NCBI GenBank assembly: GCA_017435465.1
Contig: JAFSEX010000005.1
Span: forward strand, 6,793 to 70,792
Reading direction: 5' to 3'
DNA length: 64,000 bases
From: Bacilli bacterium
Lineage (GTDB): Bacteria > Bacillota_I > Bacilli_A > RF39 > UBA660
The position numbers and the translations under genes were made by a program. This document shows, in pieces, positions 1 to 10,841 of the stretch (positions within the stretch are counted from its first letter, which is position 1; the number at the start of each line of letters is the position of its first letter). A model generated the notes under the pieces. It saw only the letters and a program-made list of their open reading frames with translations, was not told the DNA's origin and did not search any database.

Positions 1-2
1 TA

Positions 3-140
3 GGAGAATTTAAAGTCGCACAAATAGTATCAATAATTTTATTTTTAATTGGACTTATAATATTTATATTTACTCATAGGGGTTCAAAACTTGATGATTT
101 ATATAAAGAAGTTCCTAAAAAACAAGATATAAAATTTTAA
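3..140 (+). CDS. 3' end of a membrane protein gene, possibly prolipoprotein diacylglyceryl transferase; partial at window edge
   Basis: Open frame to TAA at 138-140. Translates GEFKVAQIVSIILFLIGLIIFIFTHRGSKLDDLYKEVPKKQDIKF, a hydrophobic helix plus basic tail. The Lgt assignment is from memory of Lgt C termini only. Confidence 0.3.
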   Translation, partial: GEFKVAQIVSIILFLIGLIIFIFTHRGSKLDDLYKEVPKKQDIKF

Positions 141-188
141 GGAAGTTAGAGTAATCTCTAACTTTTATACTAAAAGGAGGAAATAAGT

Positions 189-1094
189 ATGTATGATGTA
201 ATAATTATAGGATGTGGATGTGCAGGAATAAGTGCTGCTATATATGCAAAAAGAAGTAATATGGATGTTTTAATAATTGAAAGTAATGCTCCGGGTGGAC
301 AAATAAATAAATCATCAATTATTGAAAATTATCCTGGTTTTGAGAGTATTGATGGACCAAGTTTAGCTTATAATATGTTTAATCAATTACAAAAAATGGA
401 AATACCATATAAATATGGTAAAGTTATTGATATTGAATTAGAAAACAATAAAAAAATAGTAATAACTGATAAAGAGCGAATAGAAACAAAAACTGTCATT
501 ATCGCAAGTGGAAGAAATCCAAGAAAATTAAATATTGAAAATGAAGACAAATTATCTAGTAGAGGTATTAGTTGGTGTGCAATCTGCGATGGAAATCTTT
601 ATAAAGATAAAAATGTGGTAGTTATTGGTGGGGGAAATAGTGCAGCAGAAGAAAGCCTATATTTAAGTAAAATTGCTAAATCTGTAACTATTATCAATCG
701 TCGCAATGAATTAAGAGCTGATGAAAGTTTTATAAATGAATTAAAGAAAAAAAATAATATAAAAATATTATATAATTATAAACCACTTAAATTTATTGAG
801 GAAGAGAATAAATTTAGTGGAGTAGAAATTCAAAATACTATAGATGATAAGAAAGAAACTATAAAATGTGATGGTGTATTTATTTTTATAGGATATGAAC
901 CAGAAACAACATTTTGTAAAAAATTAAATATAACTGATGAAAACAATTATATTATTGTAAATGATAAAATGGAAACAAAAATAGATGGTATATATGCTTG
1001 TGGTGACGTTATAAAAAAAGATTTATATCAAATTGTAACATCAATTAGTGAAGGTGCGATTGCCGCAACAAGCGCAAAAAAACATGTGGACTAA
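189..1094 (+). CDS. trxB: thioredoxin-disulfide reductase
   Basis: 301 aa. N-terminal FAD motif GCGCAGISAA, redox-active CAIC in WCAICDG, NADPH motif GGGNSAAEE. SD AAAGGAGG lies upstream. Confidence 0.85.
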   Translation: MYDVIIIGCGCAGISAAIYAKRSNMDVLIIESNAPGGQINKSSIIENYPGFESIDGPSLAYNMFNQLQKMEIPYKYGKVIDIELENNKKIVITDKERIETKTVIIASGRNPRKLNIENEDKLSSRGISWCAICDGNLYKDKNVVVIGGGNSAAEESLYLSKIAKSVTIINRRNELRADESFINELKKKNNIKILYNYKPLKFIEEENKFSGVEIQNTIDDKKETIKCDGVFIFIGYEPETTFCKKLNITDENNYIIVNDKMETKIDGIYACGDVIKKDLYQIVTSISEGAIAATSAKKHVD

Positions 1095-1708
1095 TCTCCA
1101 CATGTTTTACATACATTACTATATGTTTCTTCAATCATAGATTTAAATACATTTTTAATTTCTTTTCTTTTTGCATCTGTCCAATATTCAGTAGGAGTAA
1201 TATCACTTGATATCATAGATGTATCATTATTATGAGATAAAATTTTACCTTCTTTTACTGCGTATACATCAGGAACAAATACTCTTTCATTTCCTTCATC
1301 ATCTTTTGGCAAGAAATTTTTTAATAATTTTACAATTTTTTGATATTCAGCAGTGTTTTCACTACGAATATTTTTTATATTATAATAATATATTTTTTCG
1401 ACTCCTTCTTCTTTAGCCACTTCATTTAACATTGGTACATAAGCTTGACACCAAGGACATTCAGGAAATCCAAAATATACAAGACCTGTACCACCTTCTA
1501 GTATTTTAATAATTTCATCGACATTTCTATAAACAAACACATTATTTTGGCCTACTTCTCCATATTCATTTGAAAATCTCTCATTATCCTTTAATTTATT
1601 ATTGCTAGTTTTAAAAATAATAAATAGCCCAACTAAAACTAAAATAACTCCAGAAATTAAAATATATTTTTTTGTTTTTTTATTCATACTTAACAACTCC
1701 ATATCCAT
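1091..1708 (-). CDS. membrane-anchored thioredoxin-fold protein (CPWC active site)
   Basis: N-terminal TM helix and a FGFPECPWCQ CxxC motif. The likely true start is ATG at 1687, which has a better SD spacing. Confidence 0.6.
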   Translation of the reverse strand: MDMELLSMNKKTKKYILISGVILVLVGLFIIFKTSNNKLKDNERFSNEYGEVGQNNVFVYRNVDEIIKILEGGTGLVYFGFPECPWCQAYVPMLNEVAKEEGVEKIYYYNIKNIRSENTAEYQKIVKLLKNFLPKDDEGNERVFVPDVYAVKEGKILSHNNDTSMISSDITPTEYWTDAKRKEIKNVFKSMIEETYSNVCKTCGD

Positions 1709-1806
1709 CTATAAATTTATTATAATATTTTTTTTATAATTTGTAAAACAAATAACACAAAAAAATGTTAATATGCTATAATATTAGTGAATTGGAGAGA
1801 TTTAAA

Positions 1807-3114
1807 ATGAGTAAATATTATTTTATAGGAATTAAAGGATCAGGAATGAGTTCTTTAGCGCAAGTATTATATGATTTAGGAAATGAAGTAATAGGATATG
1901 ATGATAATAAAGTACATGCTTATACCGAAGTAGAATTAGAAAAACGTGGAATAAAAATATATTATGAAACTCCAGAACTTACTAATGATACTATTGTGGT
2001 TAGAACATCTGCAGTAAGAGATAATCATAAAGAAATAGTTAATGCAAAAAATTTAGGTTTAAAAATATATCAATATTTTGAACTATTAGGTGAATTAACT
2101 GACAAATATAAAACAGTTGCAATATCTGGATGTCATGGTAAAACAACAACAACTGCTTTGCTTTCACATATATTTACTAATACTACAGGATGTAGTTATA
2201 TAATTGGAGATGGAACAGGAGTAGCAAATAAAAATAGTGATTTATTTTTTATTGAAGCTTGTGAATATTATAGACATTTCCTAAACTATCATCCAACATA
2301 TACAATTATTACAAATATTGAATTAGACCATGTAGATTATTATAAAGATTTTGATGATTATAAAAGTGCTTTCCAAGCGTTTGCCAATCAAACTAAACAA
2401 ACTGTTATTGCATGGGGAGATAGTGAAGATATAAGAACTTTAAATTTAAAAGATAAATTATATTATGGATTTAATGAAGATAATGATATAGTTTGTAAAA
2501 ATTTAAATTTAAAAGAAACTGGCGCAGAATTTGATGTATATATAAAAGGAGAATTCTATTATCATTTTGATTTACCATTACTTGGTGAGCATATGGTTTT
2601 AAATTCACTTGCAGTTATTGGAGTGTGCTATTTAGAAGGATTAGATCCAGAATTAGTTAAAGAAGAAATACATACATTTAAGGGTGCTAAAAGAAGATTT
2701 GTAGAAAATGTAATAGGGGATATTGTAACAGTTGATGATTATGCACATCATCCAACAGAAGTAGAAGCAACTATTAAAGCAGCTAGACAAAAATATCCAA
2801 ATAAAGAAGTTGTAGCGGTTTTTAAACCTAATACATATTCTAGAACTAAAGAACTTGCTAAAGACTTTGTAAGTGCTTTAAATTATGCTGATAAAGCATA
2901 TGTAACAGATATTACATGTGATAGAGAATTACCAAGTGAATTTCCAGGAGTAACATCAGATATAATTATTAATGAATTAAATAATGGAGAACACATTGGT
3001 GATGATACACTAGATAAATTACTAAAACATAAAAATGCAGTATTATTATTTATGAGTTGTAAAGATATTTATACAATGAAAGGAAATTTTGAAAAACTAC
3101 TAAAAGGAGAATAA
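1807..3114 (+). CDS. murC: UDP-N-acetylmuramate--L-alanine ligase
   Basis: MSKYYFIGIKGSGMS N terminus, GCHGKTTTT P-loop and DDYAHHPTE motif typical of MurC. The start was moved to ATG 1807, behind SD GGAGAG. Confidence 0.85.
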   Translation: MSKYYFIGIKGSGMSSLAQVLYDLGNEVIGYDDNKVHAYTEVELEKRGIKIYYETPELTNDTIVVRTSAVRDNHKEIVNAKNLGLKIYQYFELLGELTDKYKTVAISGCHGKTTTTALLSHIFTNTTGCSYIIGDGTGVANKNSDLFFIEACEYYRHFLNYHPTYTIITNIELDHVDYYKDFDDYKSAFQAFANQTKQTVIAWGDSEDIRTLNLKDKLYYGFNEDNDIVCKNLNLKETGAEFDVYIKGEFYYHFDLPLLGEHMVLNSLAVIGVCYLEGLDPELVKEEIHTFKGAKRRFVENVIGDIVTVDDYAHHPTEVEATIKAARQKYPNKEVVAVFKPNTYSRTKELAKDFVSALNYADKAYVTDITCDRELPSEFPGVTSDIIINELNNGEHIGDDTLDKLLKHKNAVLLFMSCKDIYTMKGNFEKLLKGE

Positions 3115-3116
3115 TA

Positions 3117-3662
3117 ATGAATATTCATAAAATTGTAGTAGGTAATTTAGATACAAATTGTTATTTGATTATTAAAAATCAGAAGTGTTTAATTGTTGAT
3201 CCGGGTGATGATTTTAACAAAATTAAGAATGAAATAGAAAAGTTAAATGTTAAACCAATTTGTGTATTAATAACACATCATCATTTTGATCATATTGGCA
3301 CACTAAATGATATATTAAATTATTATAATATTGAATTAATAGATTTTAATAACTATAAAACTGATGATGAAATAATAACTATTGACGAATTTAAATTCAA
3401 AATGATATATGTACCTGGTCATAAATCTGATTTAATTACTTATTATTTTGAAAATGAAAAAGTTATGTTTGTTGGAGATTTTATTTTCAAAAACAATATT
3501 GGAAGATGGGATTTAAAAACCGGAAATAAAGATGAAATGTTAAATAGTATTAAAAAGATTAAAAAGTATCCAAATGATATAACAATTTATCCTGGACATG
3601 GTGAAAATACTAATTTAGGATATGAAATTAAAAATAATATTTATTTTAATGAAATGATTTAA
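3117..3662 (+). CDS. MBL-fold metallo-hydrolase
   Basis: 181 aa with the THHHFDH metal-binding motif, VPGH, and PGHG near the C terminus. Confidence 0.75.
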   Translation: MNIHKIVVGNLDTNCYLIIKNQKCLIVDPGDDFNKIKNEIEKLNVKPICVLITHHHFDHIGTLNDILNYYNIELIDFNNYKTDDEIITIDEFKFKMIYVPGHKSDLITYYFENEKVMFVGDFIFKNNIGRWDLKTGNKDEMLNSIKKIKKYPNDITIYPGHGENTNLGYEIKNNIYFNEMI

Positions 3663-3741
3663 TTCATTTCATTTTTTGTTCTATCAACAGTTTTGTGGAA
3701 AACAAATTTATGTTATAATTAATAATATAAAAGGTGATGAT

Positions 3742-4359
3742 ATGAAAAATATTGAGTTAAAAATTATCAACAAAGAAAAATTAAATGATGATGAAATTAT
3801 AAAACTATTAGATTATATTGTTTCCAACGTTAGAAAAATTGTTAATGATGAAACATTTACTAATAAATGTGATTTAACACAAGGTCTTATCGGTAGATAT
3901 TTAAATACTTTAAATATTAAAAATAATCCTTGTATTACAAACAAGTCTATAAGTGACAATATAATAGGACATAGTTTTATTATTGCTGATTTTAGTGAAT
4001 ATGGAAATAAAAAATATATTATCGATCCATCATATATACAATTTCTATATTCAAATGATAAAGATAACGATATATATATTAATGATTTAAGAGTAAAATC
4101 AAAATCACCCTTTTATTATGCACATAAAATAAATAAAGATATTACAAATGAGTTTCTAAAAAACGGATATATGGAGTTAAATGAAGAGAATGCATTTTTA
4201 TATGGAAATAGTTTTTACAAAACTAAAACTGGTATTCCATCTTCATATGAAATCCCACTAATTAGTGGAAAAGTATATATGAATAGTTTTATAAAAGGTA
4301 ACGAAATATTAAGAAAATATGATTATAAAGAAATAGAAACAAGTATAAAAACAAAATAA
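3742..4359 (+). CDS. hypothetical protein
   Basis: Intact ORF. The start was moved to ATG 3742, behind AAAGGTGATG. No family recognised. Confidence 0.4.
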   Translation: MKNIELKIINKEKLNDDEIIKLLDYIVSNVRKIVNDETFTNKCDLTQGLIGRYLNTLNIKNNPCITNKSISDNIIGHSFIIADFSEYGNKKYIIDPSYIQFLYSNDKDNDIYINDLRVKSKSPFYYAHKINKDITNEFLKNGYMELNEENAFLYGNSFYKTKTGIPSSYEIPLISGKVYMNSFIKGNEILRKYDYKEIETSIKTK

Positions 4360-4374
4360 ACAAACGGAGGAATT

Positions 4375-6525
4375 ATGAACGAATTAATTATTAAACAAAT
4401 AAGTATAGATTTAAATATTAAAGAAAAACAAGTTATTGATACACTAAATTTACTTAGTGAAGGTAATACAATACCATTTATCGCAAGATACAGAAAAGAA
4501 GTTACAGGTTCACTAGATGAAGAACAAATTAGAAGTATTAGTGAAGTATATGAATATCAACAAAATTTATATAAAAGAAAAGAAGATGTTATTAGACTTA
4601 TAGATGAAAAAGGATTATTAACAGATGAATTAAAAGATAAAATTTTAAAATGTGAAAAACTAGTAGAAGTAGAAGATTTATATAGACCATATAAAGAAAA
4701 GAAAAAAACCAAAGCTACTGAAGCAATTAATAATGGATTAGAACCCCTTGCTAAAATTATAATGAGTTTTCCTACTACTGGTACAATTGAAGCAATATCA
4801 AATAAATTTTTAAATGATAAAGTTAAAACTTGCGAAGAAGCCATTACTGGAGCTTCATATATTATAGCAGAATGGATAAGTGATAATGCATCATATCGTA
4901 AATGGATAAGAAGTTATACATTTAGAAATGGTGTATTAAATACTAAAATAAAGAAGGGTGCAGAAGATGAAAACAAAGTATATGAAATGTACTATGATTA
5001 TTCTGAACCCGTAAGATTATTAAAATCACATCGTTATCTAGCAATCAATCGTGCAGAAAATGAGAAAATTATTTCTGTTAGTTTAGAAGTAGACAAGGAA
5101 TATATTCAAAACTATTTAAAACAAAAAATAGTTAAAAATAAAGAATCTTTTGTATATAAAGTGGTTAAGGATGCAATCACAGATAGTTACAAAAGATTAA
5201 TTGCTCCAAGTATTGAAAGAGAAATTAGAAGTGAACTATTTGAAAAAGCAGAAGAAAGCGCAATTGACATTTTTAGTAAAAATTTAGAAAATTTACTTCT
5301 TACTCCACCAATGAAAGAAAGAATGGTATTAGGACTTGACCCAGCATATAGAACTGGATGTAAACTGGCTGTATTAGATAAAACAGGTAAACCACTTAAT
5401 ATTAGTGTTATATATCCACATGAACCAAGAAAAGAATATGATAAAGCTAAAAACCATGTATTAGAATTAATTGATAAATATAAAATAGATATAATCGCAA
5501 TAGGAAATGGTACTGCATCAAGAGAAAGTGAAGCATTTGTAGTTGATGTTATAAAAGAATCAGGTAGAAAAGTAGAATATATAATTGTTAGTGAGGCAGG
5601 CGCAAGTGTATACTCAGCAAGTAAACTTGCAATATCGGAATTTCCTGATTTACACGTAGAAGAAAGAAGTGCGATAAGCATTGGTAGAAGATTACAAGAT
5701 CCATTATCTGAACTTGTAAAAATTGATACAAAAAGTATTGGAGTAGGACAATATCAGCATGATGTTTCTAGTAAAAAATTAAATGAATCGTTAGATTTCG
5801 TTGTTAGTAAGTCAGTAAACCAAGTTGGTGTAAATATAAACACTGCAAGTCCTTCATTATTAAAATATGTATCAGGATTAACTAAAAAAACTATTGAAAA
5901 AATTATTGAATATAGGGAAAAATATGGAAAAATCTTAAATAGAGAAGAAATTAAAAATATTAAATCATTTAGTGATAAAGTTTATGAACAATCAATTGGA
6001 TTTATAAGAATAGTTGATGGAAATAATCCATTAGATCAAACTCCTATACATCCAGAAAGTTATTCACATACTAATAAACTTTTGAAAGAATTAAACTTTA
6101 ATTTAAATGATTTAGGTAGTGAAAAATTAATTAACATTTTAGAAAATATAAATATAGATGAATTTTCAAATAAATTAAATATTGACAAATATACTTTAGA
6201 GGATATAATAGAAGCACTTAAAAAACCAACAAGAGATCCTCGTGATGAATTAGAAAAACCAATTTTAAAAAGTGATATTTTAAAAATTGAAGATTTAAAA
6301 CGAGGTATGAAACTTCAAGGAACAGTTAGAAATGTAGTTGATTTTGGTGTGTTTATAGATATTGGTTTAAAGAATGATGGACTTGCCCATATCTCAAAAT
6401 TAACTGATAAATATATTAAACATCCTATGGAAGTAGTAAATGTAGGAGATATTGTTGATTGTTACGTAGAAGATATTTTATTAGAAAAAAATAAAGTTGC
6501 TTTAACTTTAATAGAACCAAAATAA
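4375..6525 (+). CDS. tex: Tex-like transcription accessory protein (YqgF/HhH/S1 domains)
   Basis: 716 aa. N-terminal IPFIARYRKE motif, YqgF-like GLDPAYRTGCKLAV, and a C-terminal S1 domain (GTVRNVVDFGVFIDIG...GLAHISK). Confidence 0.85.
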   Translation: MNELIIKQISIDLNIKEKQVIDTLNLLSEGNTIPFIARYRKEVTGSLDEEQIRSISEVYEYQQNLYKRKEDVIRLIDEKGLLTDELKDKILKCEKLVEVEDLYRPYKEKKKTKATEAINNGLEPLAKIIMSFPTTGTIEAISNKFLNDKVKTCEEAITGASYIIAEWISDNASYRKWIRSYTFRNGVLNTKIKKGAEDENKVYEMYYDYSEPVRLLKSHRYLAINRAENEKIISVSLEVDKEYIQNYLKQKIVKNKESFVYKVVKDAITDSYKRLIAPSIEREIRSELFEKAEESAIDIFSKNLENLLLTPPMKERMVLGLDPAYRTGCKLAVLDKTGKPLNISVIYPHEPRKEYDKAKNHVLELIDKYKIDIIAIGNGTASRESEAFVVDVIKESGRKVEYIIVSEAGASVYSASKLAISEFPDLHVEERSAISIGRRLQDPLSELVKIDTKSIGVGQYQHDVSSKKLNESLDFVVSKSVNQVGVNINTASPSLLKYVSGLTKKTIEKIIEYREKYGKILNREEIKNIKSFSDKVYEQSIGFIRIVDGNNPLDQTPIHPESYSHTNKLLKELNFNLNDLGSEKLINILENINIDEFSNKLNIDKYTLEDIIEALKKPTRDPRDELEKPILKSDILKIEDLKRGMKLQGTVRNVVDFGVFIDIGLKNDGLAHISKLTDKYIKHPMEVVNVGDIVDCYVEDILLEKNKVALTLIEPK

Positions 6526-6538
6526 ATATGAATGGGGA

Positions 6539-7387
6539 ATGAGTATGATATATTTTTTATCACAATTTACAACAAAAGATTTACCAATAATTAAATTATT
6601 CTATTTTATAAAAGAAATTTTAAATATAATATTAATAGTTATTCCAATTATATTAATATTAATGGGTACAATTGATATAACTAAGGCAATAATTAATCAA
6701 AATGAACAAAAAAAAATAATTTCAAAATCTATAAAACGTATAATGTATGGAATAATAATATTTTTTGTACCGTTAATTGTGAATTATACTACATCATTAG
6801 TAGGCAGTAATTTAAATTCTAATAACCTATGGAATCAAGCAAATAAAGAAACTGTAAAAAATTTAGAGGCATTAAAAAAAGTTGAATTAGAAGCTAGTAA
6901 AAAAGCATATGAAGAAAATATAAAAAAAATAAAAGAAGAAGAAAAAGCTGAAAGAGAAAGACTAAAGGCAGAAAAGGAACAATATGAATTAAATAAAGAA
7001 CAAAACAAATCAGATGATAGTGCGTCGTCAACAAGAGATGAACTTGTGGATTTCGCATTAAAATATGTTGGAAAGCCATATATATGGGGTGGTAACAATT
7101 TGAATACTGGTGTTGATTGTTCTGGATTTACACAACAAGTTTATAAACATTTTGGAATTAGTATACCTAGAACTACTGGAACCCAAATAAATGTTGGAAA
7201 AAAAGTTGATATAAACAATCTAAAAAAAGGAGATTTGATTTTTTATAACGCAAAAAGTAATCATCATGTCGCAATATATATTGGTGGAGGAAAGATAGTA
7301 CATGCAAAAGGAAGAAAATGGGGAATCGTTATTGATAATGTATCGTATAGTTCACCGCTAAAAGGAGTGTCTATTATAAATGATTAA
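6539..7387 (+). CDS. NlpC/P60 family cell-wall peptidase with N-terminal membrane region and coiled-coil linker
   Basis: C-terminal YIWGGNNLNTGVDCSGF...HHVAIYIG matches the Cys-His catalytic pattern of NlpC/P60. Confidence 0.75.
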   Translation: MSMIYFLSQFTTKDLPIIKLFYFIKEILNIILIVIPIILILMGTIDITKAIINQNEQKKIISKSIKRIMYGIIIFFVPLIVNYTTSLVGSNLNSNNLWNQANKETVKNLEALKKVELEASKKAYEENIKKIKEEEKAERERLKAEKEQYELNKEQNKSDDSASSTRDELVDFALKYVGKPYIWGGNNLNTGVDCSGFTQQVYKHFGISIPRTTGTQINVGKKVDINNLKKGDLIFYNAKSNHHVAIYIGGGKIVHAKGRKWGIVIDNVSYSSPLKGVSIIND

Positions 7388-8084
7388 AAAAAGTATATTA
7401 GAAAATAAAATCAAATTAATTGTTATTTTGACTTTAATAGTTGGTGGAATATCAATACTATTTTTAAATACACAATCCAATTCAAAGGTAGAAATTAAAA
7501 AATTTAAAAATAAAGAATATGTATTTACTACTAATCAAAAAAATAATGACATAAAATGTCCTTATATTAATATTGATAGTGATGAAATAGACAAAATTAA
7601 CAATGATATAATATATAAATATTATTCAGTTATACAAAATAAATATAGTAAAATGGATTATGAATATTCAATAAATAATAATCATTTATCTTTAATAATA
7701 AAAATTATAAACATGAAATCTGAGGACGATTATGAAAAAAAAGAATATATTTCATATAATGTAAATATAAGCAGTAAAAAAGAGATAACTAATGATGAAT
7801 TATTAAAAGCACATAATTTATCACAAAGTGAAATAAATAATAATATATACGAAAAATTAAAAAATGCATATGAAATAGAATCAAATGAAATGTATATAGA
7901 ACCACAAGAATGTGATTTTAATTGTTACTTAAAAATTCATGAAGTAGATGATTTAGAAACAAAATTAGTTTATTTTATTGATAAAGAAAATAAAGTTATA
8001 GGATATTTAAATCATGTATTAGAAACAGTGTATTTTGACAAAAATGATTATAAAGAATTTACATCACAATTTTTATTAAATTAG
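7380..8084 (+). CDS. hypothetical membrane-anchored protein
   Basis: Overlaps the upstream stop (ATGA). Has an N-terminal TM helix. No motif recognised. Confidence 0.4.
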   Translation: MIKKSILENKIKLIVILTLIVGGISILFLNTQSNSKVEIKKFKNKEYVFTTNQKNNDIKCPYINIDSDEIDKINNDIIYKYYSVIQNKYSKMDYEYSINNNHLSLIIKIINMKSEDDYEKKEYISYNVNISSKKEITNDELLKAHNLSQSEINNNIYEKLKNAYEIESNEMYIEPQECDFNCYLKIHEVDDLETKLVYFIDKENKVIGYLNHVLETVYFDKNDYKEFTSQFLLN

Positions 8085-8104
8085 AAATAAAAATTCACCA
8101 TATT

Positions 8105-9211
8105 TTATTGGTGAATTTTTATGTTTATTAATTTTTCCCAAGGTAAATCTATATCTTTTCTTCCAAAATGACCATAACTAGCAATACTATAATATATTGG
8201 TTTTTGTAATTGTAATTCTTTTATAATATTTTTTACACTAAAATCAAAATTAGTATTAATAAAATTATAAATTTCTTCTAATGGTACTTTATTAGTATTG
8301 AATGTTTCTATATTTATAGATATTGGTTTTGTATTTCCTATCGCATAAGATACTCCTATTTCACAAACATCACATAGTTTATTATATACAATGTTTTTGG
8401 TAACATATCTTGCATAATAAGCCGCACTTCTATCTACTTTAGTTGGATCTTTACTACTAAAACATCCACCACCAATTTTGGCACTACCTCCGTATGAATC
8501 TACCACAATTTTTCTTCCAGTTGTACCACTATCTCCATATGGACCACCAATAGTAAATGAACCACTTGTATTTATTAATATTTGTGTTTGATTATCAATA
8601 TATTTTTTTGGTATTACTATATCTATAACTTTTTCTTTAATATAATTTTTCAATTCGGCTTGACTAATATTTTTAACATGCTGACTAGCAATAACAATTG
8701 TATTAATTCTTTTTGGAATATTATCTTCATATTATACAGATATTTGACTTTTTCCATCTGGCATTAGTGGGGAATTTTCATCTTCCTTTCTAACTTTTGT
8801 AAGTTGCATAGTTAATTTATTTGCAAGCAATATTGGAAGAGGCATATATTCTTTAGTTTCATTAGTAGCATAGCCAAACATTATACCTTGATCACCTGCA
8901 CAAATTCCATTTTTGTTAACAGCTCTATTAATCTCCCTAGATTGTTCACTCACTTTTACAATAACTTCAAAATCTTCATTATAACCAATATCCTTTAATA
9001 CCCACTTAGCAATACTCTCATAATCTAAATTAGCATTAGTAGTAGCCTCACCATAAATAAAAAGCAAGTTATCTTTTATTGTACATTCTACAGCCATTTT
9101 ACTGTTTTCATCAAATTCTAGAGCTGTATCTAGAATTTTGTCACTGATTTTATCACATATTTTATCTGGATGTCCTTCAGTAACTGATTCACTTGTTATT
9201 ATTTTTTTCAT
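8105..9211 (-). pseudogene. metK: S-adenosylmethionine synthetase interrupted by one in-frame TAA (complement of 8732-8734)
   Basis: The two track ORFs are the same reading frame. It reads ...PDGKSQISV-TAA-YEDNIPKRINTIVIASQH..., with the stop sitting where MetK proteins have Glu (TVEYD). ESVTEGHPDK and GGGCFSSKDPTKVDRSAAY motifs are intact. The start at 9211 follows SD AAGGAGG. Confidence 0.8.
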
Positions 9212-9242
9212 CTTATCCTCCTTCTTAGCTTTTACCAAAAAT

Positions 9243-9372
9243 AAAAAACTCTTGAAAGAGTTTTAATTTATCTTTATTTATACTCCTTCATCGGTATTAG
9301 CAGAACCACCTTACATATGCAGGTTGGTATGAGTTCATAGAGCTAATTCTCTCCCTCATTCTTGATAAAAGT
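9243..9372 (-). promoter_or_regulatory. SAM-I (S-box) riboswitch with intrinsic terminator, leader of metK
   Basis: The minus strand reads CTTTTATCAAGAATGAGGGAGAGAATTAGCTCTATGAACTCATACCAACC...GGTGGTTCTGCTAATACCGATGAAGGAG. A hairpin AAAACTCTTTCAAGAGTTTT plus T-run follows. This matches the S-box consensus as remembered. Confidence 0.75.
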
Positions 9373-9455
9373 CAACCTAAATATACTTTGTTTTATGTTA
9401 TTTGTCAATATTTATGATACAATTATAATAATTAGTAATAAGGAAGGTTGATATT

Positions 9456-10199
9456 ATGTTAAATTTACAAAATAAAGTTGTTATTATTACTGGAGGGACC
9501 AGGGGAATAGGATTAGAAATTACACGTACTTTTTATGAAAATAATGCCAAAGTAATTATTTTTGGCTCAAAAAAAGAAACTGTTGATAAAGCAATAGAAG
9601 AATTACAAAAAGAAGGTAAGGATATAAAAGGTTATTATCCAAATCTTAATGATTATGAAGAAATTAATAATATAGTAAAAGAAATATATAATGAAAACGG
9701 ACATATTGATATTTTAATAAATAATGCGGGAATTTCCGCAAACAAGAAAATCGAAGATACAAGTTCTGAAGATTTTGTTAAAATAATGGATATAAATGTT
9801 AATGCAATGTTTAATGTATCAAAAGCAGTTGTTCCTTATATGAAAAACAATAATGGTGGAGTAATTTTAAATACTAGTTCAATGGTTAGTATTTATGGAC
9901 AACCATCAGGAATAGGTTATCCAACTAGTAAATTTGCTGTAAATGGATTTACTAAATCTTTAGCACGTGAACTTGCACCATTTAATATTAGAGTAAATGC
10001 AGTTGCACCAGGGATTACTAAAACTGATATGATTGAATCACTTCCAAAGGAAATGATTAACACTCTTGTTGATAGTATACCACTAGGAAGAATGGGAAAA
10101 CCAAAAGATATAGCAAACGCTTTCTTATTTTTAGCGAGTGATATGGCAAGTTATATTAGTGGTGTTGTTTTACAAGTTGATGGACTGGCTAGAAATTAA
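9456..10199 (+). CDS. short-chain dehydrogenase/reductase, FabG-like
   Basis: TGGTRGIG cofactor motif, NNAG, and a catalytic S...YPTSK pattern. 247 aa. Confidence 0.75.
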   Translation: MLNLQNKVVIITGGTRGIGLEITRTFYENNAKVIIFGSKKETVDKAIEELQKEGKDIKGYYPNLNDYEEINNIVKEIYNENGHIDILINNAGISANKKIEDTSSEDFVKIMDINVNAMFNVSKAVVPYMKNNNGGVILNTSSMVSIYGQPSGIGYPTSKFAVNGFTKSLARELAPFNIRVNAVAPGITKTDMIESLPKEMINTLVDSIPLGRMGKPKDIANAFLFLASDMASYISGVVLQVDGLARN

Positions 10200-10213
10200 A
10201 TTTAAAGGAAAAA

Positions 10214-10795
10214 ATGAACATAGATAAAATATGTCAAGTATTAAATGATGGTGGATTAGTTATAAGCCCAACTGATACTATTTATGGAATAATGGGTGAT
10301 GCATTAAATGAAAATGTTATAAGGAAAATATATAATGTTAAAAAAAGAAATTATAACAAACCATTAATATTATTAATGAACAGCTTTGAAATGATAAAAG
10401 AATATACTGATAATATTAGTGAAATAGAAGAAAATGCTATAAAAAAGTTATTTCCGGGCTGTGTAACAATAATTTTAAAAAAGAATTATAAAATAAACAA
10501 TTTAATTACTAGTAATACAGAATATGTAGGTATTAGAATTCCTAATAATAAAGATTTAATATCTATTATAAATAAATTAGAAAGACCTATTGTATCGACA
10601 AGTGCTAACATTAGTGATGAAGATGTTATAACTAATATTAAAATGATTGATGAAAATTTGAAAAGGAAAATTGACTATATAGAAGATGGTGGAGAAATTA
10701 AAGAAAATGCTTCAACTATAATTAAGTTTGATAATGAAAAATTGATAATACTTAGAGAAGGTAATTTAACTAAAAAAATCAGAAATATGTTTTAA
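10214..10795 (+). CDS. L-threonylcarbamoyladenylate synthase (YrdC/YwlC/TsaC family)
   Basis: 193 aa. Contains PTDTIYG, KRNYNKPL, IRIPNN and STSAN, typical of the YrdC domain. Confidence 0.7.
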   Translation: MNIDKICQVLNDGGLVISPTDTIYGIMGDALNENVIRKIYNVKKRNYNKPLILLMNSFEMIKEYTDNISEIEENAIKKLFPGCVTIILKKNYKINNLITSNTEYVGIRIPNNKDLISIINKLERPIVSTSANISDEDVITNIKMIDENLKRKIDYIEDGGEIKENASTIIKFDNEKLIILREGNLTKKIRNMF

Positions 10796-10804
10796 TTAAA
10801 TAAC

Positions 10805-10835
10805 AACCCATATCATATTATGATATGGGTTATTT
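10805..10835 (+). terminator. intrinsic terminator after the TsaC-like gene
   Basis: 13-bp stem AACCCATATCATA/TATGATATGGGTT followed by a T-rich tract. Confidence 0.7.
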
Positions 10836-10841
10836 ATAATT

